A stretch of 62,688 nt of DNA, filler included, from Globobulimina sp. (GCA_003354225.1; 29 parts of 29 records of this genome joined end to end with filler, not necessarily neighbours in it), one strand, 5' to 3'. Shown: positions 47,641 through 60,311, counted from the whole stretch's first letter. The notes: generated by a model from the sequence alone, not told the origin. Made by a program: numbers and translations.

Positions 47641-49704
47641 GCTCGTCATCTTCGTTCTCTTGGTGGATAATATGCGTTAGCTGTTGTTTCCGGATTGGCG
47701 AAGTTGAGTAGGACACGATCTTCTCGATAGTAGTCCATACATACGGTTCGTGCCTCGGTATGGTAGTCAAACATTCCAATATACGCGTAATTTCATTTAA
47801 AAATCCATCCTCCACACAATGCTGTTGCAGAAAAGCAAATAAATCGTTTGGATTTGAAACATCAATACCTACATATTTGTAACATTTTGCATACAAAATT
47901 ATTGTGCACGAATGTCCAAATAACTAACTACCAAATATATTGTCTATATTTGGTGTTTATTGTTCTTAACAAGCTGCATTTGTATCAAATGTACATGCTG
48001 ACAATCACAACAATTTGCATTTGTTTTTAATGTAAATCCGATGTAAATGCAGCTGGTTAAGAGCAATGGTTTGGTTTTATGATAATTTGTCATATATTTC
48101 CGAGCATATATTTGATATATTGGTGCACAAAAATCTTTGTTATGCAAATGTAAATACCATGCAATGAGGAATCACGCATATCTTTCAATTTAACGGCTTG
48201 ATACAAATCTAAATGTTCATCCATTTTATCAATCCATGGATCATCAATAAAGGAATCATCCTCTTCGTACTCATCATACAGCGCCTCTTCCATCGCAATA
48301 ATCAAATCGGATAAATACGGCACAATCTTATCAAAGCCCAACTGTTCCAAATCCTTTCTATACGACACACGATCTTCCAAATCAGTGAACGAATTCAAAA
48401 TGGCATTAATTAATCCCATCGAAAATAAGACATATTCGAATGCAAATTGGTCGCGAGACCCATTCACCATGTCATTATTACTGATTTCTGCAATCATCGG
48501 TTTCAAATCTGTCACGATCGGGATCCACATGGATTGGTTCGACTGTATATCGCAATAATTCTCCAAGCCATCAATTACTTTCTCGAAACCGTCCGGTGAA
48601 TGCCAACAAATCACCGACAACAATTTAATGATCAAAATTGAAACCTGTACATGTGTAAAGTGCGAGGATCGCAAATATTAATCAGTCTGAGCACATATAA
48701 CAAAATTATTTGTACAGATCTGACAGAAACGTGTCAGAGCTGATCATCTCAAATCATTTTGAGCCGATTTCCAGATGGATTTGGAGATATTTTCAAAGTG
48801 CAAACCTGTGGATGTTGCGAGTCAAATAAGTCAATGATGCCTTGTATCGCAGTGGCATCATTCACAATATATTTCAGCCCGATTTTGTCATTGGTCATAG
48901 GGTTGGTTTTGTCGCAAATCGCCTTAAAACATTGTAACAATTCAATCTGATATTTGACATTACTGATTTGATACGGTATGATGGAGACTAATAAAGTTAG
49001 GCCCTGCTCGTTGATGAAATCGCACATCCATTCATTTGCTTCTTCGTACAACAAATTGGCGATGTCTGTGATGTTGATAATGGCCACATTCTGCGGACGG
49101 CGTAGTAATTTTATCCAATGTTGGATCACTTTCGATTTATCCGAAGGGAGATTGCATTGGTTTTGCGTCACAATCTCCATTTTGGACACAAAGGATTGTG
49201 TTTTGACCAGCTCTTCGATTTTGTTTTTAGGCAAACCTAAGTTGGTTAATACCGCTCTGTATTTTGTATTAACTGTCGACAAATCGATATTGGACTGTGT
49301 TTGTGTGTGCTGCTGCTGTTCGAATGTGGGGAGGATTAAGTTTGCGCGTTGTATGACTGCAGTCATTGCGTTTTGGCAATCTAAGAGTTGTTCTTTATTT
49401 ACAAAAGAGAGGCAATGATGTGTGGCGTGCACTTGTATGGATAATATGTCCGGATGGCGCTGTTCGGAGGCTATTTTAAGGCGCGCGTTGCGTAAAACTA
49501 TGGTGATGGAGGCTTTGTTTGTTTTTTGTTTTCTGCGGGAAGAGACATATTCCTTTTCGTTTTTAAATACTTTCATCCTTTCATCTTCGACGACGATGTA
49601 GCGAATCTCGAAACCACTGAACCATGCCGATCGCTTCTTGTATTCGCATACAAAACCTTTTGCATCCATTGCAAACGCTGACATTCTTTCTACTAAAGTG
49701 TTTT
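47641..49704 (-). CDS. PH domain plus formin GBD/FH3 region, partial
   Basis: PH-like N-terminus (RYIVV...MKVFK); WMCDFINEQGLTLL, LLQCFKAI, GLKYI, MGLINAIL..DLEDRVSYR..L..LG. Introns 48645-48805 and 47869-48157. Confidence 0.8.
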
Positions 49705-49899
49705 NNNNNNNNNNNNNNNNNNNNNNNNNNNNNNNNNNNNNNNNNNNNTTAATTAATTAANNNNNNNNNNNNNNNNNNNNNNNNNNNNNNNNNNNNNNNN
49801 NNNNAAAATGACATTATTTATATTTTAAAATCATTTCATAATAAAATTGCAAAATTATTATTCCAATTACCAAAGACAAAAAAAATTATTCCTGAATAC

Positions 49900-50874
49900 T
49901 TGGAGAGGTTATTGGTTCAATTAGATTTTAATGACTTTCATTTTAATAATTCAAACAATAACATTATTTCCATTGATTTACCAATTAATCCTCCACCAAT
50001 ACAAACTTTTACGTGTATACAAATGAAAAAAAAAGCCATTGATAAGCTTAAGAATAGAAATAAAAAAAACAATAAAAATCAAAATAGAAATACAAATATT
50101 AGCAACACAAAGGCGGATCATATGTTATCTAAATTAGATGCCGTATTAGGCGGTACTTCAAAGAGTAAACCGTTTGTTCCAAGTTTTGTATTTCCGAATT
50201 CGAAGAATAGGAATAATAATAATGAAAATGATAAGAATTCGAGCAACAAACATCATTTTGAAAAGCATCGAACAACGGCAACAATGAAAGCATCCAATCA
50301 TTGCAATGTGGCGATTGTACCGACACCGATGAAAGAAACGAAAGAAAAGGATATATTCTCAAAATATAATTTAATGGATTCACCAAAAATCGATTCAAGA
50401 ATACCTAGACATTTATTACCGACGCCATTGCAAAAAAATAAAAATAAAAATGATGATTCGAGTATTGATTCAAGAGCCGGATCGCGATCACAATCACAAT
50501 CACAAATTAATGCAAAACGAAGTCGGAGTTCATCACCGCAACAGCACCAATTTGATTTTTATAATAATCAGTTAATTAATAATGATAAGAATGATAATTT
50601 TATATACAAAGCAAGAACAAATGGGAGTGGCTATGCTGATGCTGATGATGTTAATTTTGATAATGCAAATAATGCAAATAATCACATGATTATTGATCCG
50701 GATGCAATTAAATTTTCATTTGGTAACAAAGGAAAAGAGATAGATTCACCAATTCCATTTTCTAGAAATATTGGCAAAATCAATGAAAATGATAATTTGG
50801 ACACCGACCAATGGTCTCGCTTCATACCAACGCCATTAATTAATCAAGGAAAAAAAACAAAATCATATAGGTAA
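49900..50874 (+). CDS. Low-complexity N/S/K-rich protein, likely 5' partial
   Basis: 324-codon open frame with repeated PTP motifs. Confidence 0.6.
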   Translation: MERLLVQLDFNDFHFNNSNNNIISIDLPINPPPIQTFTCIQMKKKAIDKLKNRNKKNNKNQNRNTNISNTKADHMLSKLDAVLGGTSKSKPFVPSFVFPNSKNRNNNNENDKNSSNKHHFEKHRTTATMKASNHCNVAIVPTPMKETKEKDIFSKYNLMDSPKIDSRIPRHLLPTPLQKNKNKNDDSSIDSRAGSRSQSQSQINAKRSRSSSPQQHQFDFYNNQLINNDKNDNFIYKARTNGSGYADADDVNFDNANNANNHMIIDPDAIKFSFGNKGKEIDSPIPFSRNIGKINENDNLDTDQWSRFIPTPLINQGKKTKSYR

Positions 50875-51114
50875 TCTTCGCAAAAATTACATTGTTTATA
50901 TTCTTTTTTTTTTTACATATTTAAATTTATAATGCGTAGTTTTACAATTTACATTAATTGATTTGGTTGATAAATGTTTGAAAAAAAATTTATTGATTCT
51001 TTATGCTTGTTTCAAGTTGTTTGTATATTAATGAATTATATATAACAATAATTTGCTGCTCTTATATCATAATAATAACCGACCTATCCAATTGCAGACC
51101 TGTCACATTTTCAC

Positions 51115-51155
51115 AGCCGATGACGAGATTCGAACTCGCGACCTCCTGTTCACAA
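51115..51155 (-). other. Isolated tRNA 3' half (Thr-like)
   Basis: Minus strand reads TTGTGA ACAGG AGGTC GCGAG TTCGAAT CTCGT CATCGGC T: anticodon 3' arm, variable loop, intact T arm, acceptor 3' strand and U discriminator. No matching 5' half in the contig. Confidence 0.75.
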
Positions 51156-51288
51156 CTCGCAAGCCCTTCAGAATGACTCTTGGAACTCAGTACTCGATCG
51201 CAAGCATTGTGGACCAATAATTCGATCGCAAGCAGTATGTGGCAATGTATCATTTGGTCACAACTGTAATGCATTTATTGAGAAGAAA

Positions 51289-51868
51289 ATGATAATGCGA
51301 GAAACAAATAAAACACAGAAAAAAAGCATGCAAGGTAGCTGCAATTGCGCCAAATATGACATACCATGCATAGTAAAAATACCAGAACAAATTAATCAAG
51401 CAATAAATCAGAAATTAATTAATGTGAACGATATGTATGTTGGATTAGCAATAGCTATACATAATAATATATTGCCTCTATGTATTAGCATATATGAGCT
51501 CAATGAACACATTAAAAACAATTTTGAAACATTTAATTGTGCATGGAAGCCAACAAAAGAACAATCTGATGAAATTAATCAAAATATTCAATTATTGGAT
51601 GAAATGAGAAGCAGAATAGGCAGAGGAATCGATAAACAATTAATTATGAGGGAATTGATCAATATATTACAGACAGGTCAACCAAGTGATGATTATAACA
51701 AAATTTGCAGTGAATATAATATTGAGTATGATGCTGAAGCCCCAAAAAGTAAGCATGCAAAATATCAAAAGAATGAAGGTAATAAATTATTCGATTATGG
51801 GTTCAGAAATAAAAATAACGAATTAAAAGAATTTGAAGAGCGCGATGGCAAATTAATAATAAATGAAA
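51289..51868 (+). CDS. Hypothetical protein, intronless, 3' partial
   Basis: Open frame to the contig edge; no family recognised. Confidence 0.55.
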
Positions 51869-51968
51869 NNNNNNNNNNNNNNNNNNNNNNNNNNNNNNNN
51901 NNNNNNNNNNNNTTAATTAATTAANNNNNNNNNNNNNNNNNNNNNNNNNNNNNNNNNNNNNNNNNNNN

Positions 51969-54032
51969 TTCTACATTCCCGAATAATATATGTGCACTGT
52001 CGTCTTGTTGGTCGATTAAAAACATATCCTGTATCACAAAGCCATGGCACATATTATTATTTTTATAACTTATACGGATAATTTGTCCATTTAAGGCAAC
52101 CACATCTGTCCCTAACTCACAACTCAATAATCTCACCGGTAAAATATGGTACCATAGTATGTCTCGCAAATTTGGCATATCCAGCAAATCCTCAAAATTG
52201 ACATCTAATTCATACATTAACCTATCAATGGCCACGTTATTGGGTGCAAATAAAGTGAACGGGCCGTCAGAAGTTAACATTCTATCCACGCCGACTCTGA
52301 TGGTTAGCTCTATCAACAGGCTGTAATCCGCAATGCTAGCACCGATTTGAAAAATGGAATCAAAGCGCCATACTAATACACTATCCACCACGTGAACCAG
52401 TCCATTTTTAGTCTCCACATTACCAATTATAATATCGGCCACATCATTTTGTTGGTCAATATGACGGATGCCACGCACTTCAAACCCTTGCTGTGGCTTA
52501 TAGCCATCAATGATAATTTGCCGTTTCTGGCCCACTTCAGTCGCATACCATTCACTTTTCAAATCCACCGTTAACATATAACCCGGAGAAGCATGGTATA
52601 ATAATATTTCTCGCAGTGGCGGCAGATCATAGATCTGCTCGATTGTGATATATAAGTCACGCGCTAATTTATGAAACGCTGCGTTGTTTGGGGCATACAC
52701 TGTAAACGGACCAGGCCGGGTAAAATAACCCAGCAAATTAGCAATTGTCAGGCACTGTATCATACATAAAAAGGATATGATTAAACACGCACATGACATA
52801 AATATATACCTTGTATAATATGGCATAATCCTGCAAATTTGCTGCGACTTGAATGACATGTTCAAATCTAAGGATTAACACTCTATTCACTACGTGTACG
52901 ACACCATTACGCGACTGGACATTCTTAATAATAACATTCGACTTATCATGGTTTGCATCGATTAAATGAATTCCTTCCGCAGCAAATCGATTATTGTGAT
53001 GTATATGTTCATCCATATTGACTTCTATACTCTGTCCTTGATGCATAGTACGCAATTGTTTGCTCATCAAATCCCGAGTCAATAAATATTCGTCAATAAT
53101 ATGATAAAACAGCACATCTCTCAGATTGGGCAGTCTCAATACATCCTCAATGGTAATATCTAATTCATAAAACAACTGATTAAATGCTTTATTATTTGGC
53201 GCGAAAACAGTGAATTTCCTGTCATTTGATGTCAACATATTTGTTAATCCAGCAGCCTTTACTAATTTTACCAAAATGCTGTAATCTTTGAAACTGTTGG
53301 CGATTTGCATGATGTTATCAAACATTGGTATCATAACACGATCAATGACATGAGCCACACCATTCTGTGCTTCTACATTCCCAAAAATAATATTAGACAC
53401 AAAATGTTGTCTATCCACTAGAAACGTGTCGGTCACTACAAACCCGGAATCATCTTTGTCAGCATCCTCAGTATTTACACTGACTAACTGCCCGTTGATT
53501 GTTTCGTAATTTTGTGTGTTTAAATCTTTGCTCAATACATGATCGCCAACAATATGATACAACAATACTTTTTTTAATGACGGCAAATCTAACAAGTCCT
53601 GCAACTTAATCAACAATTCATTCATTAATCTTTCCATGGCGGCGTTATTCGGTGCAAAAACAGTGAATGGCCCAGCTCCGTTAATCAATGTGCCAGCTAA
53701 ACCTGCGCGGTTCACTAATTTTATTAAAATGGAATAGTCCTTAAAACTGTTTGCAATTTGATATACAGAGTCAAACAAAGGCACAAGAATTCGATCAATA
53801 ACATGAGCCGCACCATTCCTGGCTTTTACATCCGTCAAACCAATATTTGACGCGTCACTCTGTGCGTCTTTCAGCCATAAGCCATCCGTTCCAATGTGCA
53901 CTTGTAATGTCTGAGCATCGGATTTTAAGGTTTCAATCAGTTGTTGGCGCTCTGCACTTTCAGTTAAATCGTCTTTCAATAAAAAAGAACCGCTTACATG
54001 GTATAATAATATATCTTTTAATGTAGGAATTG
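51969..54032 (-). CDS. Multi-FAS1 fasciclin-domain protein, partial at both ends
   Basis: Four H1 motifs FTxxAPNNxA, repeated LxYH and H2 motifs NGxxHVxDxVL. Intron 52755-52809. Confidence 0.95.
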
Positions 54033-54491
54033 NNNNNNNNNNNNNNNNNNNNNNNNNNNNNNNNNNNNNNNNNNNNTTAATTAATTAANNNNNNNNNNNN
54101 NNNNNNNNNNNNNNNNNNNNNNNNNNNNNNNNCTCTTTATTTTTATCATTTGCTGGTTCCCACATTAACTGTGTTGCTGTTTGAATAAATGAGTAAATCG
54201 ATGTGGCAATAAATACCAATCCATAAATCACAGCATATACAATCGAGACTATTGTTGAATATTTGGACATGTTGGTATTAAATTGGTTGTGAAAGTGCTT
54301 TGTATCGAGTGCGCTGTGCTTTTGATGACTGTTAGAAATGTTTTTTATTTTGAGTTGAAGAGAGAAAACAACAAATATATTCGAGAAGATTTATGTGTAT
54401 AAAGTTTATGTAATATATTCAAAAAAAAACAATAAAAAAAGTATACAATATGTAAAACGACGTCGACGATATTAATAATTTAATTTAATAT

Positions 54492-55937
54492 TTACAGTTT
54501 AATACCTTTCAATATATCTTTATCGATCCTTTTTTTCCTTTGCCTTTTTTTTTCTTCCTCCTCCAATTTGGATTGAATGGCATTGCTAAAATCAGTGCCA
54601 TAAAAAGTCATCAACTCCTCACCTTTTTTAATGTCCCTCTTTGCGATCAAAAATGTTTGAGGCCAGCCATTAACTTTCATGCCAACAAACTCCACATTGT
54701 AATACTTTGTGTCCTGCACTGTCGGCTCCATATTATCGATATCAACGCGGCAATCATTCACATATCGCAACAGTAACTCGTCATTTTTCCAATCCCCGAT
54801 AAACGGATCAATTATAAATACTTTGCTTGCTATGTCCGCCACATCCATCTCCATATTCAATTTATTCCTTTTTGCTTGTCTCGCTTTCCATAATTCGCAT
54901 TTCTCGATTTTCTGATCGAAAGCATAAATGTTATGGTCGTGCTCTTCGCCGGTTCCATCGAATACTTTTCCAAACGCGTTTTGCAGGATTTCTCCGCCTA
55001 AATATTGCCCAAAACAGGTATGAATTGGCACGTCCCTCAAAACCCGAATTCCATGCTGGCCGTTTAAGGCTGCGATGCGATGGTTTTTTATTTTGAATTT
55101 GCCAATAACTGCTCGCAAATTGATGGCCATTCTATGCGGATTTATGTGCGTAAAGCCTTCCACTTTGTACTCACCATTCAATTTGACATAATTCCACACA
55201 GATTCTTCAATTTCTTTTTTATTTTTCCATTTCTGAATGCCGCAAATTTCAAACGTATTCGCTGCGTACAATGCAGTAATTTCTTCCCTCAAACCTGCCA
55301 ATTCCGAATCGCGTGTGATCCGATCTTCTAAATCTATAAAATCAATCAAATGCCATCGCGGTCCTTCGCCGTGGATACATTCCGAATATAAACGTTTGCA
55401 AACTTGCCGATATTGTTTGCACTTTTTTGCTTTTCGAACATATTTCTTTTCAAAATCCATCAAATGTTTATGCTTTTCTTGCAACTCATTTCGTAATGAA
55501 ATTATTTGTTGTTTTAATAAATAGTTTTCTTTCAATGCTCCTTTCTGTGTCAAACAGTCCAAAACAGATTTTGTATCCTGTGATGCGAATATATTGTTGG
55601 AATATGTGTTTGTGTGCGCTTTTTTTGCTATTTGTTTGCATTTTTGTTGTTTTTTGTGGTTTAAAACAAATTGCATGGAATCGTCATCATCGTCGTCGCT
55701 AGTTTGGATCCGAGAAATTGCGTGTTTTGAGCTGATATTTAGGTTATGAATGTTGTTAATTTTGCGCATATTACGCATTTTTTTATTTTTTGTTTTTGAT
55801 AAAGTTTTTTTTTCCCGTCGATCTGCTACAAAAATGTGATATCGATCCGTATTGCCATTAATCATATTTTCATGCTGTACGGATATGGTTGATGTGCTGG
55901 ATGACGTTGACGAACTCGACGTTGTTTGAAACAGCAA
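54492..55937 (-). CDS. SET-domain lysine methyltransferase-like protein
   Basis: GQHGIRV, GQYLG, YAF, IIDP, RYVNDCR, AKRDIKKGEELMTFYG, with an upstream coiled coil. Confidence 0.88.
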   Translation of the reverse strand: MLFQTTSSSSTSSSTSTISVQHENMINGNTDRYHIFVADRREKKTLSKTKNKKMRNMRKINNIHNLNISSKHAISRIQTSDDDDDDSMQFVLNHKKQQKCKQIAKKAHTNTYSNNIFASQDTKSVLDCLTQKGALKENYLLKQQIISLRNELQEKHKHLMDFEKKYVRKAKKCKQYRQVCKRLYSECIHGEGPRWHLIDFIDLEDRITRDSELAGLREEITALYAANTFEICGIQKWKNKKEIEESVWNYVKLNGEYKVEGFTHINPHRMAINLRAVIGKFKIKNHRIAALNGQHGIRVLRDVPIHTCFGQYLGGEILQNAFGKVFDGTGEEHDHNIYAFDQKIEKCELWKARQAKRNKLNMEMDVADIASKVFIIDPFIGDWKNDELLLRYVNDCRVDIDNMEPTVQDTKYYNVEFVGMKVNGWPQTFLIAKRDIKKGEELMTFYGTDFSNAIQSKLEEEEKKRQRKKRIDKDILKGIKL

Positions 55938-56594
55938 TTCGTTCTTTTGTTGTGTTTTAATATTTTTTGGGTTTTCATGGGAAACACAATTAAAATGTCT
56001 GCAGTCTCAATTAAAATGCAGTATTAAATATGACATTTTTGTAGATTTAAAACACATTCTTGATGTATTCCACCCATTATCGACATGTCTGAAATACCAA
56101 TAGAACCTGCAAATGTTTCCAAAATTTGTAGGTGTTTCTGTTGTGAAACATGAAGCAATTTGTAAATAATGCATGGAATACATGTACATATCAGAANNNN
56201 NNNNNNNNNNNNNNNNNNNNNNNNNNNNNNNNNNNNNNNNTTAATTAATTAANNNNNNNNNNNNNNNNNNNNNNNNNNNNNNNNNNNNNNNNNNNNTAAA
56301 GAATCAAATGGGAAAACACATTTAATTTTATTAAAATTATTAAAAAGTTTAAATAAATCACATTCGGAAATGTTGTATGTTGGAAATGACAAAGCTGTTA
56401 TTCAACATTTGGAAGAAATTAAAATATGCGAAACATATTTATGTGAAACAAAAGGATTAACGCAAGATTCATTTGATGAAATACAATCAGTGTACTTTTA
56501 ATATATAAGTTTAATGAAATATTTAAATAGTATTCAAACTCCTCACGATAATATCTTTTGGACACAGTGCTTTAATTTTTAACTAGTAACTAAA

Positions 56595-57020
56595 ATGGCA
56601 ATGTCAGCTTCAGGTTTATTAGCAAACGATTGTTTTGAAGGTGGAAAAGTTGCGAGATATACGGTGACAATTTCAACAACAGGCTACAATGATTTACGTG
56701 TTGTATCTAAAGATGAATACACGATAAGAAACATATCTCAATGGTATCAAAATTTGACAAAACAAAGAGCAATTCATGATAAAAAAGCAAAGTATACAAA
56801 TGCTATCGTATTGGATTGTGCACGGAAAGAGAAAGCTTTTGGTATGGATTGGTTATCAATTATGATCGATTATATGTTATCAGCTGGTTTTGAATTGGTT
56901 GGTGATGGGACTGTGGCATTTAAGGAGAACGCTAATAGGCTATTAACAACAATTATGTTTTTATCATCAAAAACAGAACAAAAAGAAAAGGGACCGCCAC
57001 AGTACGTTACAATGCAATAA
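56595..57020 (+). CDS. Hypothetical protein
   Basis: 141-aa ATG-to-stop ORF with coding-like composition, ending PPQY. Confidence 0.6.
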   Translation: MAMSASGLLANDCFEGGKVARYTVTISTTGYNDLRVVSKDEYTIRNISQWYQNLTKQRAIHDKKAKYTNAIVLDCARKEKAFGMDWLSIMIDYMLSAGFELVGDGTVAFKENANRLLTTIMFLSSKTEQKEKGPPQYVTMQ

Positions 57021-57158
57021 ATCATGCATATCAGATGTATCATAGTGTTCTTTTCATTTTGTTTTGTTTTGTTGAAGTTAATTGAGTGTTGATCATGAGT
57101 TAATTGAGGTTACTACGGAGGTGCAAACGTTATAAAGCAACAAAAACAAAAACATCGA

Positions 57159-58360
57159 TCATTGAGAACGTGATTTATGCCGTTGTTTTCTATTGTTATT
57201 TGATGGTGGATTCCATATAATTTTCACCCTTTTATCATTTTGTGATTCGTGTATTAATTTTAATAAAACATCCACTTGATGTTTGACTTGATTTTCCTTC
57301 GGTAAATCAAATGTTACATTATTTAATTCTTTGTTAATAATTGACAATAAATGTGTTATTAAATGTGGAATGTGGAACATCAATGCTCTTTTCCTGATGT
57401 TTTCAGCCATATCAAAACACTCCAATATCTTTTTCTGTTTCAACAGTCGAATAAATTTATCAAACTCCTTAATAATATTCGTTTCTGTTGGAAAATATGA
57501 AGAAATCGAATCATACACATTTAACATCGTAGTTGTCTCGTTATTATTATGTACAATATATTGCGGTGTTGCTTTTTGTTGATTTTGAATGAATAATAAC
57601 TCCTCGACATTAATATACGGCGATAATATGTCCAATAATAAATATTTTCCTTCCGACTTTAAGTCCGAATGTATAAATCCATACCAACTGGGCTTATTTG
57701 GTGGATTTAAATTAACCAAAGCAATCTTATTATATTTATGCAATAATTCCTTAATAAAAACACAAATATCTGCACCATTATTAACATTTTGTGGTTGTTG
57801 ATTACTTTCATTATCAATCTGCATTTTATTGCCAGTATAATTTACGAATGGAATTATAAAATGTCGCGATAAAATTGGTATTGGTAACCATTGATTATCG
57901 CGATCGAGAAAGCCTAAAATAGATAAAATATCACAGCCACTGCTTATATTCACATTATTTTCTTGCAATATATTCAATGGACAATGACAAGACTTAAGGT
58001 TTTGATGTATGGCTTTAATGAAAGAATTAGTACATTTTAGCGGTGTTTGTTTAATATGCCGATTGATTTCAAATGTTATTTGTTTTTCATTCAAACTCTC
58101 AAATTTTATAATTTTATTATTTAAATTATTGGGCGATACAAAATAACTGTTATTTGGTCCAGGAAATATCATACATTTACCCATTAAACAGCCCATCGAC
58201 ATATATCGCAATTTACTGTGTGAAGCAATGTGGTTTGATACGGATTGGAATACCAAATCAACATTTAATTGATTGAAATCCGTTAAAATCCATCGGAATA
58301 TTCCACCTGAACTATCGATTAATTTTTGGTAAAATAGAATGGAACTACTTATTAATAAAT
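57159..58360 (-). CDS. INTS14: Integrator complex subunit 14 (VWA9)-like, 5' partial
   Basis: Ordered motifs IFPGP, ILGFLD, PILSRHFIIP, ICV, IALV.L, WYG, RKRALMF match recalled INTS14 motifs (VFPRP, IVGFID, PVLSRHLVLP, FCV, WHG, RKAALAF). Confidence 0.72.
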
Positions 58361-58533
58361 NNNNNNNNNNNNNNNNNNNNNNNNNNNNNNNNNNNNNNNN
58401 NNNNTTAATTAATTAANNNNNNNNNNNNNNNNNNNNNNNNNNNNNNNNNNNNNNNNNNNNGGATTTACAAATACATAAGAAAACATTGCATCTTTTTTTG
58501 TACATAGTTCACTAACACTAAGTATAAGTCACA

Positions 58534-59175
58534 ATGGAAGCGCATAAATCTCATGCTTTATATGACGAATTGGTTGTTTATGGATATACACGTAATAATT
58601 CAGTGTGTGACATTCCTGAGGAAATCATAAAGTTATTTTTATTATGGTATCAAAGTGGTGATGAATGGAATCATGAATTGACGAATAAATCTATCAAAAT
58701 TGATGCGCAGCGTAATATTATTGAGGATGTGAGAAAAGGGCATGGTAAATGGCAACATGCATTTGGCTCAGTAATTATTGATAGAAATAATGGAAATAGA
58801 AACGCGATTTGGAAACTAAAGATTGTTGGAAGTGCGGACAAAATTGAAGCATTATTTGGTATTATTAATGCAAATAAAAAAGAAAGTGATTTTGCAGGGT
58901 ATTCATTTACATATAAAGGGTGTGATGGATATGGTTTATATACGGATGGTGCTGTATATCATGAAGGCGATGGGATTGAATGTTTTGGATTAAGGAGTCT
59001 TAAATTTAGTGCAGATACTATAATATGCATAGAATTGGATGTTTCCAATGAAGGAAAATTGCAATTTAATAACAATGGAAAAAAGGGAAAATGTATACAA
59101 GTTGACCCACGAAAAAGTTGGAGATTAATTGTTGGATTCACTAATAATACTGATGCTGTTGAATTGGTGCACTAA
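58534..59175 (+). CDS. SPRY/B30.2-like domain protein
   Basis: LVVYGYTRN..DIPEEII N-terminus, WKLKI, FGII, GYGLY..G, DTIICIELD..G.LQF..NG. Confidence 0.72.
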   Translation: MEAHKSHALYDELVVYGYTRNNSVCDIPEEIIKLFLLWYQSGDEWNHELTNKSIKIDAQRNIIEDVRKGHGKWQHAFGSVIIDRNNGNRNAIWKLKIVGSADKIEALFGIINANKKESDFAGYSFTYKGCDGYGLYTDGAVYHEGDGIECFGLRSLKFSADTIICIELDVSNEGKLQFNNNGKKGKCIQVDPRKSWRLIVGFTNNTDAVELVH

Positions 59176-59342
59176 TAATGATAGTATCATTCATTAATCG
59201 AAAGTTTTCTTCCTTAGTCAACCGAAGCTCAATGCCAACGCAGCCCTGATACCTGTTCGATCGTATCATATACAGTCTTATTTCCTAAAAGTTGATTTAA
59301 TTTTAGGTTCAACTTAGTTCAAACTCTATACTGAGCGCACAA

Positions 59343-60311
59343 ATGAAGGTTAATTGGAGGAAAACAATGTTAATTCTAATAATGATGATATTGGTACTAT
59401 TGATAGTTGAATTGTTACCATTGAACAAATTAACTGCAATAACTGCAATAACTATAACAAGCATAATAACTGGAACAAGGACTAATTGCTATCATTTGCT
59501 CCAACAACATTCGTCAATTTTAAATAATAATGGTGAGATTAACAGATATTTAGTTTTCCAAATTGGATTTAATAAATGTGGGACACTCAGCCTTTCACAA
59601 TTTTTTGAATTGAATGGAATTCCTTCCATTCATCGGGTGGATAAATGTTATCGCGATCAATATAATAACTCCTTGGTGTTATCGCGTAATATGTATTATC
59701 AATATAGAACTAACAAAAAGTTATTAACGGAATTCATTCGTCATTATAGATATTATGGTGATTTTGGTGTTTATATCTCAAAGGATCAGCATAAGGACAT
59801 ATTGTTTGCAAATAATACAAAATGCAGCAATAATATGCATGTATGTGCATGGTATGAAATATTAATAAAACAATACGGTGAACATTATAAACTGCTGTTT
59901 ATTTTGAATATACGCGATGTAAATCATTGGCTACGATCACGTTATTATCATGGCCATGGAACGTATTTGCAGAAAATAAAAAATCAAATAAAATTGTATA
60001 ATGAAACACAAATACTCATCAAATGGAAATATTTATGGTACCAATATATATGTAATGTATTGCAATATTTCGAGGACAATGATTTAATGCAACAATTGTT
60101 AATATTTGATGTCGAACTGGATCCAATTGAGAAATTGATAGAATTTTTCAATGGGCGCAATATTTACTTGAAGCAACATTTATATGTTCATCGTCACAGC
60201 AAACAATACTCACAAACTCAAACTTTAGCGACCAGCAAACTGCAACATTCAGATGCATTCAATTGCGAATATGATCGGATTATCGCCACTTGCCAGAATA
60301 GACAAATGTAA
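59343..60311 (+). CDS. Sulfotransferase-family protein with signal anchor
   Basis: N-terminal TM, 5'-PSB VFQIGFNKCGTLSL, 3'-PB FILNIRD...WLRSR, LLIFDV. Confidence 0.82.
   Translation: MKVNWRKTMLILIMMILVLLIVELLPLNKLTAITAITITSIITGTRTNCYHLLQQHSSILNNNGEINRYLVFQIGFNKCGTLSLSQFFELNGIPSIHRVDKCYRDQYNNSLVLSRNMYYQYRTNKKLLTEFIRHYRYYGDFGVYISKDQHKDILFANNTKCSNNMHVCAWYEILIKQYGEHYKLLFILNIRDVNHWLRSRYYHGHGTYLQKIKNQIKLYNETQILIKWKYLWYQYICNVLQYFEDNDLMQQLLIFDVELDPIEKLIEFFNGRNIYLKQHLYVHRHSKQYSQTQTLATSKLQHSDAFNCEYDRIIATCQNRQM

Noticed and set aside
59211..59270. U1 snRNA-like pair of stem-loops on the minus strand (loops GATCGAACAG and ATTGAGCTTC)
   Set aside because: There is no 5' ATACTTACCTG and no Sm site; the resemblance is too weak without an Rfam hit.
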